A DNA stretch of 64,000 bases from the human T2T-CHM13v2.0 reference genome, Homo sapiens. A program made the translations under genes and the position numbers. The number at the start of each line of letters is the position of its first letter. Within the stretch, counting starts at the first letter, position 1. The stretch lies in assembly GCF_009914755.1 (NCBI RefSeq), contig NC_060935.1; one strand, given 5' to 3'. The notes under the pieces are model-generated. The model searched no databases, was not told where the DNA came from, and saw only the letters and a list, made by a program, of their open reading frames with translations. Positions 38,818 to 55,294 of this stretch are shown here, one piece after another.

Positions 38818-39170
38818 GTCTCATATAGATGTCCCATATATACGTCTCATATAGATGTCCCATATATATGTCTCATATAGATGTCCCATATATGTCTCAT
38901 ATAGATGTCCCACATATATGTCTCATATAGATGTCCCACATATATGTCTCATATAGATGTCCCACATATATGTCTCATATAGATGTCCCACATGTATGTC
39001 TCATATAGATGTCCCACATGTATGTCTCATATAGATGTCCCACATGTATGTCTCATATAGATGTCCCACATGTATGTCTCATATAGATGTCCCACATGTA
39101 TGTCTCATATAGATGTCCCATATGTATGTCTCATATAGATGTCCCATATATATGTCTCATATAGATGTCC
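38818..39170. repeat. 26-bp minisatellite, 14 units, flanked by (TA/TG/CA)n
   Basis: Core GTCTCATATAGATGTCC at 38818, 38844, 38870, 38894, then every 26 bp to 39154. Confidence 0.97.
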
Positions 39171-39674
39171 TATATATGTGTGTGTGTATATATATATGTG
39201 TGTGTGTATATATATGTGTGTGTGTGTATATATATATGTGTATATATATGTATATATATATATGTCTTGGCTAATTTGAGGCCATCTTTTGTCTAGATCT
39301 TCAGAGCATGGGACAAACAGATTTGAGAGAAGCTTGTGAAGTACTGAAAGTGATAAAGAACTTGGTCTTCAGCTGGTGACCTTGTTAGTTATCCTCTCTG
39401 TACCTCAGTTTTCTCATCTGTAAAATGGAGATGCCAATATCTGCTGTTGGATGCCAATATCTACTACAAGGTTGTTGTTATGCATATTAAGTAATATAAT
39501 GCATGCAAAATGCTTAGCACAGTGCCTGGCATATAATAAGAAACCAATTAGTGGATTCTGTGGTTATTTTTGTGAGGCTATGAAGAAACTGAAAGCTGAG
39601 GACAAGTAGCCTAGGCTAGGTACCTAGGATGAGAAATCCCTGAACATGAGCCCAGTTATTCTTCCAGCAAACAC

Positions 39675-40218
39675 TTATTTTATTGTAGTAAGATATATAT
39701 AACATAAAAATTACTATTTTAACCATTTTTAAGTGTACAATTCACTGGTATTAAACACATTCACATTGCTGTGTAACCACCACCACTATTCATCTACAGA
39801 AATTTTGTTATCCAAACAGAAACTCTGTATCCATTAAACACTAACTCCCCAGTACTCCCTTCCCCAGCCCCTGGTAACCACTATTCTAATTTTGTCTCTA
39901 AGAATTTGACTATTCTAAGTACCTCATGTAAGTGTAATTATACAATATTTGTTTTTTGTATCTGACTTATTTCACTTAGCACAATGTTTTCAAGGTTAAT
40001 CTATGTTGCAACAATGTCAGAATTTCTTTTCTTTTTAAGGTAAATAATATTCCATGGTATGTATATACTACATTTTGTTTATCTATTCATCTGCCCATGG
40101 ACATTTGGATTGTTTCCACCTTTTGGCTATTGTGAATAATGCTACTAATCTGTCATGGGATTAGAGTGAGAAAGAAAGAATAAAAAAATAATGCTGCTGT
40201 CAACATCGGTGTACAAAT
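39675..40218 (-). mobile_element. L1MB-type 3' end
   Basis: CCATTTTTAAGTGTACAATTC...CCCAGCCCCTGGTAACCAC...ATTTCACTTAGCA motifs. Confidence 0.75.
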
Positions 40219-40340
40219 TCCAGCAAGCATTGGTTGCATTCCATGACCTAGGCTAGAAGCTGGGGAGCTAAAAATGAAGGCATGCTTTCAAGAGGTTCCA
40301 TGTTTAGTATGTTGATTTCCAAACTCTGCTGCTTAGAACC

Positions 40341-42915
<2,575 letters not shown>

Positions 42916-43633
42916 GAACCCTAGAAAGAGTTAAGGATGTAACTCAATATTCAACATACTTTAATACCTCCTGTGTACAAAGCACTGTGCCAAAATTAAG
43001 GATGCAGCAATGAAGAAAATAACTCATGCACTGGCACATGACTTAGCATATAGTATGTGCTCAATAAGTGCTGACTGTGTGTTATTAGGGGTTTCAGGGA
43101 TCCTCCTTAGAGCTGATAGAACTATTCCCACCTCCCTATCCCTTCAATCAGACTTAGTCCAATTTTATTTTTATACATACTAAAAGTTTCTAGAGCTTTA
43201 CAAAGTTTCAGCTGGGAGCAGTGGCTCATGCCTGTAATCCCTGAACCTTGGGAGGTTGAGGAGGGAGGATCACTTAAGCCCAGGAGTTTGAGACCAGCCT
43301 GAGCACCATGGTGAAATCTCCTCTCTACTAAAAATTAAAAAGTAAAAATTAGCCAGGCATGGTGGTACACTCCTGTAGTCCCAACTACTTTGGAGGCTAA
43401 GGTGGGAGGATCGCTTAAGCCCTCAGAGGCGGAGGTTGCAATGAGCTGAGATGGCTGCACTGCACTCCAGCCTGAGACACAGAGCCAGACCCTGTCTCAA
43501 AAATAAATATCTAGCTGGGTGCGGTGGCTCACCCCTGTAATCCCAGCACTTTGGGAGGTCGAGGCTGGTGGATCTTCTGAGCTCAGGAATTCGAGACTAG
43601 CCGGGGCAACATAGTAAAACCTCATCTCTATCA

Positions 43634-43894
<261 letters not shown>

Positions 43895-44126
43895 TTATTT
43901 GATAGAATGACTTAGGCATTGAAATAAAAGATAGTGGACATTGAGTAAATGTTTGTCAAATGAATGAACCAAAACATCCAAAAGGAGATTTGGGCTCTGG
44001 GGTCTGAATAACTAAGTTTAAACCTTGATTCCGGCCGAGCGCAGTGGCTCACGACTGTAATCCCAGCACTTTGGGAGGCTGAGGCGGGCGGATCACGAGG
44101 TTAGGAGATCGAGACCATCCTGGCTA

Positions 44127-44361
<235 letters not shown>

Positions 44362-46967
44362 CTATGTTTCTTAGTTAACTTCTCTAATATTTTCTTTTGC
44401 TGGGGTTTTTGTGAGTGTTGAACCCCTTAGATACAAGCTGAGTGCCTTGAATCTAGTTAGTGCCTAATAATGAAACAAGCTACTATTTGCTAAGTAAGGA
44501 AAACTGAGGACTGGTGCCATGTAATCCCGGCACTTTGGGAGGCTGAGGCAGGAGGATTGCTTGAAGCCAGGAGTTGGAAACCAGACAGGGCAACAAAATA
44601 AGACCCCGTCTCTACCAAAAAAAAAGAAAAGGAAAGAAAGAGAGAAAGAAGCCTGGACAAAAAAATGAGATCTTGTCTAAAACACACACACACACACACA
44701 CAAAAGAAAAACTAAGGCTGAGTCATAGCTACAAACTGCTGCTTTTTGGGGATACAGAGTAAATCATTCTGGGAATCCCATCAACACCATTCTAGGGGCT
44801 GATTTCAAGGCATTTTGATTTACTTGATAATAGAATCAAAGAACCTTAGAACATATGGAGTATTTAAAGCTCATCTAGCCTGATCACCAACCTGATGCAG
44901 AAACAAATATCCCTCCCAGACTGGGAGAATAGAAACACACCTACAGTAATGAGAAAATTTACCTCATAGGGTCACCTAGTCCCTTTTTAAAAAATGGCTT
45001 TCAAGTCTGGAAATGGCTTTTTAAGATTAGAAATTCAGTGATAGTGTGATATGTATTGTGGTTATTCTATTTGATCTTCCTTAGAAAGATCCTTCTTGAT
45101 GAAGCCAGTTTTCCATGAGACTCTGGAAATGAGCTGCTGAGGCTTTATTGAAAACCTGTGTCAATCACAGTGCAGCAAATAAAGATGAGCTCATACCTAC
45201 CAACATTTTAAGACTACTCTGTTTTTCTGTCACTGGTAGTTCTCAAACTCCAACACTTAATTCAAGCCTGTATTCATTTCCATCCTTAATATCCAGGGTT
45301 GATTAAACTCCCTGATTTGTTTCCACAAGGGAAATGGAATATTCCCCCAAGATTCAAAATCTATTCATAGCCACCCAGTCAGCAGGTAATTACTCCCTAC
45401 CACATGTACTAAGAACAAGATCATATTACTTTCAAAGAGAATGGGCAGTAGTATAAAAATGGACAATAAATCAACTCCAAGAATAATTATACATTTCAGA
45501 ATGCTCACCTCTGTTACCTGATAAAAACACAAAATACACAAACTAGTTGACAAATAGAGTAAATGAATGAGATCACTTAAGATACTGGGAATTTCAGGCT
45601 GAGGTAGGAAGATTGCTTCAGCCCAGTAGTTTGAGGCTGCAGTGTGCTATGATCTTACCTGTGAATGCCTGCTCCACTCCAGCTTGGGCAACATAGTGAG
45701 ACCTTGTCTTTAAATAGGAAAGGAAGGCTTGGCGCGGGGGTCCCCGGGGAGGGGAGGCTGGGAGTAGAGGGGAATGGAGGAGAGGAGAAAGGAGTGGAGG
45801 GACAAACTGGAAATTCCCATAAGTGCACCTTGTCAAAAAGAAAAAGAGGTAGAAAGGGCCAGGGGTGGTGGCTCATGCTTGTAGTCCCAGCACTTTGGGA
45901 GGCCGAAGCAGGAGGATTGCTTCAGCCCAGGAGTTTGATACCAGCCTGGGCAACACAGTGAGACTGCATCTCTATGAAAAGTTTTTTAAAAATAAATAAA
46001 ATAAATATATATACCAAAAGAAGAGAAAGAGGAAGGAAGAAAAGAAGGAACTGGAAATTCCCATAAGTGCAAATATGTTGACAATTGTTTTTTCTACACA
46101 AGAAGAGAATTGGATATTTCAAAAAAGGAGACCCTCTGGAATCTGGTTGTTCAATAGAAAAAAGAAAAAAGAAAAGAGAACCACAAATTTTAATAGGAAT
46201 AGAAAATGAGGTCCCCACTGTGGGAAGCTTTTAGACCTACAGTGGCCCAGGAAAAACAAGCAAACAAACATATCATTAATCTTCAATTCTCTGTGGCTAC
46301 CAAGTGATTCATCAGCACAGATCAGCATATGCCCTGGGTGAATGAGGGAAGGCATAGGCTATTATTGTCTCTTACTCTATAGGAAATAGAGCCCAGTCGA
46401 CAGTGCCATGGTGGGGGGCAGAGGGCAGCACTCTTGAGATGGCTCAGCTCTGTGAGCTCACTTTTAAGTTAGATTTTTATTCTTCTTAAGACCCCCTAGT
46501 TCAAGCAGGGACTTTATCTCTGCAAACCCCTGAGGACTGATTCCCACTCCCCTCTATCTCAGACTAATCTTCTCTATTTTCTGCTATCCCCAGGATGCCC
46601 TGGTAATCAGAGTTGTGATTCAGAAGTGACCTTGAGGAAACAGAAATGCCAAAGAACATTAGCATTTCACTGCACCAGTCCAGCCACATAAAAATCACTT
46701 CACTACCAGCAAACCCCCAGGGCCCAGCAAGCCATGCAAATACTGCCCAGGGCCACCTCTGTCCTCTTTAAGGCCTCAACTTTGAGCCATGACTGCATTT
46801 TCAACCCTGTGAACATGATGAGCAAAGGACCCACATTATCCCCAAAGTCTCACTTCGCCAAGATTTAAATAAGCCAATCTCTTCTAGTTGTCACATTCTA
46901 CGAGGTGAGAGCCTAATAACACAGAACACCAAGTCCCAAAAAAGAGGTGTGCTGAGCCAGGTTGCTC

Positions 46968-48494
<1,527 letters not shown>

Positions 48495-49558
48495 TCAGAT
48501 ACCCAGGGGCACATGAGAAGTGAACTATGGAGTGCTTACCACTGTCTTAGAAAAGCCGTTGGATAGAGAATGAACATAAAACCAAAAGCTTTGAGAGGCT
48601 TGGCATCTATGATCAAAGTCAGCTGATTTTGTAGATTGGCAGAGTCAAATAAATCCAGATTCTTTCCAGGGTAAGAATTTGTTCTTTGGGTATAATGCTT
48701 GGACATGAATGCAATGCAAAATGTATAAATCAAAGAAAGCTCATTCATGACCTATTAGAAAAGAAAAGATTATCCCAAAGTCTAATAGTGGCACCTTTGT
48801 TTATAGCTAAAAGAAATGAATAGAAATTATTCTTAAATCCTTTTGTAAACTTGTTTCGAACAGAAAAAAATTGATCCACATTAAGTAATCCAGGTCTCTA
48901 CTACTTGCAAGACCAGAAAAAATTCCCAGTTTAGTGTTCCACATAATTGTGTGATTATGGTAGATCTAATATCTAGTGCATTAAAAGAGAGGAAAACTAA
49001 AGGTAAGGGAGAAGAAGGAGAAGAATACATGACCTTGGTAACTGGGAAAAGCTCCACAGGCTAGGAGTCAGGAGTTTCGGACTTAAGTGTCAACTTTACC
49101 ATTAGCTAGCTTTGTGACCAGGGAAAATTACTTAGGTTTTCTAAACCTCAATTTCCTCTGGTATAATATAAAGGGCTTACAATAAAATCCTTTCCTGGTT
49201 ATAAATTTCATGAATCTAAACTCTTTTCTTTAAAAACGGATCCCCAAACTGTCCCAATTTTGTTTAAATTGACCCCAAATTCATTCAGGTATCATAGATG
49301 GTTTTTTAATATCTTTGCCTTTGTTTTTCAATTTGTAGACTCCTATATATTTCATAGGGATATTGTGAGAATGTGAGACAAAACAATACTTAGTTGTACA
49401 AAATCCTAGATAGAAAGCAAAGAAAGTGAAATCTATGAATTAACTTCAGTTCCATTTTATTCAGAAATTTTCTCTAACCAAACCTCAATTGCTACTTAGT
49501 CATAAAAAGAAAAAGTTCATGACTTATATCCATTGGATATTCTTTAATTTCCCATTCT

Positions 49559-49747
49559 AGGATGCTGGGTTTGCCAAATAAAAATATAGGACACCCTGTT
49601 AAATTTGAATTTCAGATAAGTGATGAGTAATTTTTTTTAAATAAATATCACACAAATATTGCATAGGACAGATTCATACTAAAAATTACTCATTGTTTAT
49701 ATGTAATTCAAATATAACTTGGCATGCTGTATCTCTATTTTATCTGG
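49559..49747. mobile_element. MER53 palindromic hAT MITE (last few bp displaced to ~51149-51158)
   Basis: GTTAAATTTGAATTTCAGATAA...TATTGCATAGGACA...AATTCAAATATAAC, a degenerate palindrome matching recalled MER53. Confidence 0.75.
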
Positions 49748-51148
49748 TGTAGGGGTAAAGAAAATTTTTTCCTCCCCCTCTGAATGTTTGCGTCCTTAAT
49801 TCTGCTGAAATAAACTGACAATAGACATATTAGCAGGAGAAAAAAAGCATACAAATTCAGTAATGTGTAAGTGTGCATGGGAGCCACAAAATATGAGATT
49901 CAAAGAAGGGCCAGATGGTTGAAGCTTAAATACCCTCTTCATAGAGGAGAGGGAAGTGAGGGATGTAGGCAATTTTAGAAGAAGAAGAAATGAGTTTTTA
50001 GGAGCACTGAGTGGGCCCAAAGAGCAGACGATAGCCCAGCACAAAACTCCGCTGGGCTTTGTGAGAAGTGTCAACAAGTTACAGGAAGTTTGGGGGCAGA
50101 ACTGCACTGAGAACAAAGGCTATCTTATTATGCAGATAAAATATCTCAGATTAGCCCTTAGAAGAATAAGTAGAAGGAATAGGTGAAAAGTCTGTCAAAG
50201 GATGGTGTCCTGGGCATAGAAACTTTTACTTTTCTTTCCTTCAATACAAGTTAATCTTCTCTAGTTAATGTAAATCCCAGGAAGAGGGCCCAAGACAATT
50301 GCATTCCTTCTGGATGAACTCCCCTCAGTCAGATAAGGGAATTTCTTTCTTTCTTTTTTTTTTTTTGAGACAGAGTCTCACTCTGTTGCCCAAGCTGGAG
50401 TGCTGTTGCGCCATCTCGGCTTACTGCAACCTCCAGCTCTCTGGTTCAAGCAGTTCTCTGCCTCAGCCTCCCAAGTAGCTGGGATTACAGGTGCCTGCCA
50501 TCACACCCTGCTAATTTTTGTATTTTTAGTAGAGACAGGGTTTCACCATGTTGGCCAAACTGGTCTTGAATTCCTGACCTCGTGATCGACCTGTCTCAGC
50601 CTCCCAAAGTGCTGGGATTACAGGTGTGAGCCACCACCCAGCCTTTTTGTTTGTTTGTTTATTTGTTTGTTTTTGTTTTCGCTTGAGACAGAGTTTTGCT
50701 CTTGTCACCCAGGCTGGAGTGCAATGTCCCAATCTCGGCTCACTGAAACCTCCACCTCCTGGATTCAAGCAATTCTCCTGCCTCAACCTCCTGAGTAGCT
50801 GGGGTTACAGGCATCTGTCACCACACCCAGCTAATTTTTGTATTTTTAGGAGAGATGGGGTTTCACCATGTTGGCCAGGCTGGTCTCGAACTCCTGCCCT
50901 CAGGTGATCCACCCATCTCAGCCTCCCAAAGTGCTGGGATTACTGGTGTGAACCACCACACACGGCCAGATAAAGGAATTTCAGAGATGACCTCTCACTG
51001 CACTTCCTAAGGGAAAAGAGGGAAGGAGGAGGTCACAGAGAGAGCTTTGTTCTAAGTCTTATTTCTAAGACCTTTCAATCTCTTTTGTTCAAAGCACTCA
51101 GCCTGCCAAAGCTTCATATTTTGAGGTATCATTTTCTGAGCCCTAGCA
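49748..51148 (-). mobile_element. MER34/MER39-group ERV1 solo LTR with two nested Alus (50342-50968)
   Basis: TG...CA termini, TSD CTGG; minus strand begins TGCTAGGGCTCAGAAAATGATAC. Confidence 0.7.
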
Positions 51149-51563
51149 CTGGTAACACTTTACCTATCCTTACCTTGGTGGAGATATGCAATTCCCAAAT
51201 AATTTGTGTCAGTGATAATTAATTAAGTTGTGTACTTTTTAGTATATATATTCTGTCTCTAAAAAAGTTTGACACATGGCCAGGTGCACTGGCTCATGCC
51301 TGTAATCCCAACACTTTGGGAGGCCGAGGCAGGTGTATCACTTAAGCTCAGGAATTTGAGATCAGCCTGAGTGACATGGCAAAACCCCATCTCTACAAAA
51401 AGAATACAAGAATTAGCTGAGTGTGGTGGTGCACACCCGTAGTTCCAGCTACTCAGGAGGCTGAGGTGGGAGGGTCACTTGAGCCTGGGAGGCAGAGGTT
51501 GCAATGAGCTGAGATCACACCACCGTACTCCCTCCTGGGTGATAGAGTGAGACCCTGTGTTAA

Positions 51564-51905
<342 letters not shown>

Positions 51906-52021
51906 CTAAATGATATTTTAATTGTTCTTGAATAATAAGTCTGATTTTTATGTGCTGTTGTCTTTCTTCTCCCTCTCCTCCACACTTTAAGAGTATCTTC
52001 TGTGAGCATTTCAGAGTGTCA

Positions 52022-52138
<117 letters not shown>

Positions 52139-52357
52139 TCACAAGGTCAGGAATTCGAACCAACCTGGCCAATATGGTGAAAACCCATCTCTACTAAAAA
52201 TATAAAAATTAGCTAGGTGTGGTGGCAGCCACCTGTAATCCCAGCTACTCAGGAAGCTAAGGCAGGAGAATCACTTGAAACCAGGAGGCAGAGTTTGCAG
52301 TGAGCCGAGATCGCCCCACTGCACTCCAGCCTGGGTGACAGAGCAAGACTCTGTCTC

Positions 52358-52391
<34 letters not shown>

Positions 52392-52444
52392 TAGGAGGAA
52401 GAAAAAGGAAGGTGTAGCCAGCAGAAAATTTCTAAAGAAGGAAT

Positions 52445-52625
52445 TGTTGCGGGACACAGAGGACTAGAGAGACTAGTACGGGTGAATACAAGAGGATATT
52501 TATTTTAAGGTACACAATGGCTCAGTGGATTCACATCTAAAAAGCTGAGCCAGTGCGTACCTTAAAATAAATATCCTCCTGTATTCACCCGTACTAGTCT
52601 CTCTAGTCCTCTGTGTCCCACAACA
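52445..52625. repeat. Inverted repeat, 81-bp arms, 19-nt loop
   Basis: Arms 52445-52525 and 52545-52625, 4 mismatches, no indels. Confidence 0.97.
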
Positions 52626-52630
52626 TTTCT

Positions 52631-52648
52631 TGGAGAGCCAGCCAGGAG
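52631..52648 (+). other. Primer-binding site for tRNA-Arg(ACG)
   Basis: 17/18 match to TGGCGAGCCAGCCAGGAG, the complement of the tRNA-Arg-ACG 3' end; 5 nt after the LTR terminal CA. Confidence 0.85.
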
Positions 52649-53273
52649 GAGTGGAGATGGCAGATTTACTGTCTCCTTTGCCTGTGGGGCTGGAGCCCCA
52701 GGTCAAAGGAAACCTGTGACCCCAGGCGCCGCCGGGAGAACTTCAGCCCAGAAAGGAAATCAGCTCTCCTGTGACCCGGCACCCCTAACCAGCAGCACAA
52801 CAAAACTTGAGAGGCTACAGGACAATTCCAGAAACAGTGTGCTTCAGGAACCACGGTCAAGTATTGAGTCCCAAGGCAGGACCTGTCCCATAAGGACAGA
52901 AGAGGAGCCTGATCATGTCCAGGGGCGTGACTATTAATCCGACCCAGAGGGGCTGGGGCAGCGAGCGTGGCTCACCAATTGGGATGAAAACTCACACCCC
53001 AGCTGACACAGGACATGAGAGTGGCTTGCAAAGTAGGTTAAGAAAAAGAAACTAGAGGTGGTGAGAGTGGCTCGCCACTCCAATTGGAAACACAAGAACA
53101 AAAGAGCATCAGCTGCTCTTTTATATTTCCCATTCCTTTACCTGATCATATCACGTAGGCCATGAGGCCTGATAAATCATTAAATAAAACTTGATCAATA
53201 CATACACACAAAAATGTGTTCACAAATGTACATAGCAGCTTTATTCATCATAACCAAAAAAGTTGAAACAACC

Positions 53274-54571
53274 TTTTGGGGGTCAGAAAATATGGCATTT
53301 TGAAATGCTGAGTACTTTGAACTAAAGAAGCAGCCTCTGGCAGAGTACAATGGCTCACACCTGTAATCCTAGCATTTTGGGAGGCCAAGGTGGGAAGAAT
53401 TGTTTGAGCCCAGGAGCCTAAGACCAGCCTGGGCTACATAGTGAGATCCTGTCTCTACAAAAAAATTTAAAAATGGGCTGGACATGGTGGCACATGCCTG
53501 TGGTCCCAGCTACCTGGGGGGCTGAGGTGGGAGAATCACTTGAGCCTGGGAGGGTGAAGCTGCAGGGAGCTGTAATGGTGCCACTGCACTCCAGCCTGGG
53601 TGACAGAACAAGATCCTGTCTCAAAAAAACAAACAACAACAAAAAACAACAACAACAAAAAAAAGCAAAACAAAATTTTTTAAAGGAAAGGGCCTCAGAA
53701 CCAAGGTCTCTCTGACCTTTCCCTGCTTACTATGTCTTGATTCTCTTTTTCTCCCAAAGCATAGGGAAGCACTTTCTCTGACATTTCCTTTATCTGACTA
53801 AGAGAAATCCCTCCAGAAGAAATGAAGTGTCATGAACTCACTCCCTGGAATCTATATGATCTCTAAGAGAGGAGACTAAATGTCTCCACATCTAGGACAT
53901 CATGCCCAGACAGACTTTTCACTTATGCTTCTGAGAGCTACCTGAGAGACTTCTTCTGCATAATAAGACAACCTTTGCTTGCAGTGCTCTTCCTCCCCTC
54001 ACTCTCCCACAGCTTGTTGCCACCACCCTCCAGGAGTCTTTAAGCTTCTAATTCTTTTTTTTTTTTTTTTTTTTTTTTTGAGACAGGGTCTCACTCTGTT
54101 GTCTAGGTTGGGGTGCAGTGGGTGCAATTACAGCTCACTGTACTCACTGCAACCTTGATCTCCCTGGTTCAAGTGATCCTCCTACCTCAGCCACCTGAGT
54201 AGCTGGAACTACAGGGGCATGCCACCACACCCAGCTAAGTTTTGCATTTTTGGTAGAGATAGGGTTTTGCCACATTGGCCAGGCTGATCTGGAACTACTG
54301 GGCTCAAGCCATCCTCCCACCTCAGCTTCCCAAAGTGCTAGGATTACAGGTGTGAGCCACTGTGCCAAGCTAATTTTTTCTGTAGCTCACAATGCTATTT
54401 AAGCTTCAACCATCTGGCCCTCCTTTGTGTCTCATATTTTGTGGAACTCCTATACATATGCATGTAATAAATTTGTATGCCTTTTCTCCTGTTAATCTGT
54501 CTACTGTCAAGTTTATTCCAGAGATTATCGAGCCTTTAAAGGGTGGAAGGAGAGTTCCTTTCACTCCTACA
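53274..54571 (+). mobile_element. MER34/MER39-group ERV1 solo LTR with two nested Alus
   Basis: TSD AACC inside an L1 3' fragment; 54392-54520 is similar to the reverse complement of 49800-49935. Confidence 0.7.
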
Positions 54572-54774
54572 AACCCAAATGTCCATCAAGGGATAAATGG
54601 ATAAACAAATTGTGGTATATCCATGCAATGAAATGTCATTCAGCCATAAAAAGAACAAAATACTGATACAATGCTACAACACAGATAAGCTTGAAAGCAT
54701 TATGTTGAGTGAAAGACAGCAGACACAGAAAGGCACATGGTACGTAATTTCATGTACATGAAATGTCTACATAG

Positions 54775-55294
54775 TGTCAATTGAAGAAAATGATGAGACA
54801 AGTCTCAATCATTTTAGATTTATTTGCCAAAGTTAAGGACGCATCCTGGAGACAGGTCTATGCCTTTCTCTGAAGATGATTTTGAGGCTCCAAATTTAAG
54901 GGGGAAAGGGTGGGATATTGAGAAGCACACAGTTTTCACATAAGCAAAAGGGGCAAAGGAAAAATGTGGGGAATCTGCATTTTACATAAGATAACACAGA
55001 CAAAATGGAGTAGGGGAAAAATCAGATATTCATTTGTGTCTGGCAGGCCTGCACCTGTAAAGATGACCTAACAATTTGCATTGCCATAGTGACGTTTTAA
55101 CAGCTCACTGGGAATTTCCCCATATTTTGCCCACAAGGAAATTCCTGGTGAGCTGCTAAAACATCACTGTGGCATGCAAATTGATAGGTTATCTTTACAG
55201 GTACAGGCCTGCCAGACACAAATGCATATCTGATTTTTGACTTTTCCCTTTGGCTAAATGACTCTGGGGTCCCAAAATGTAATTTCTTTTCACA
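54775..55294 (-). mobile_element. MER4A-like ERV1 solo LTR
   Basis: TG...CA termini, 4-bp TSD ATAG (54771-54774 / 55295-55298), inserted in an old L1 3' end; family from recalled consensus. Confidence 0.8.
55017..55238. repeat. Inverted repeat, 103/102-bp arms, 17-nt loop
   Basis: Arms 55017-55119 and 55137-55238; about 9 substitutions and 1 indel. Confidence 0.95.

Larger units (their letters stand above)
52445..53095 (+). mobile_element. Class I ERV fragment (HERV3/HERV1-like): inverted R-U5, R-U5, PBS(Arg), leader
   Basis: AATAAA 52566-52571, LTR end ...CCCACAACA at 52625, PBS TGGAGAGCCAGCCAGGAG 52631-52648, then a GC-rich leader. Right boundary approximate. Confidence 0.8.

Noticed and set aside
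38818-39170. CRISPR-like appearance (constant core plus variable linker)
   Set aside because: Linkers are 5-7 nt near-identical variants rather than unique spacers; eukaryotic context with no cas genes. It is a minisatellite.
52445-52625. Calling the palindrome a miRNA gene or MITE
   Set aside because: The arms are LTR R-U5 sequence followed by a PBS; there is no transposon-type TSD, and expression cannot be shown from sequence.
53085-53100. Possible right end CA|AGAAC as TSD partner of left flank GGAAT
   Set aside because: Only 3/5 match; too weak to call a TSD.
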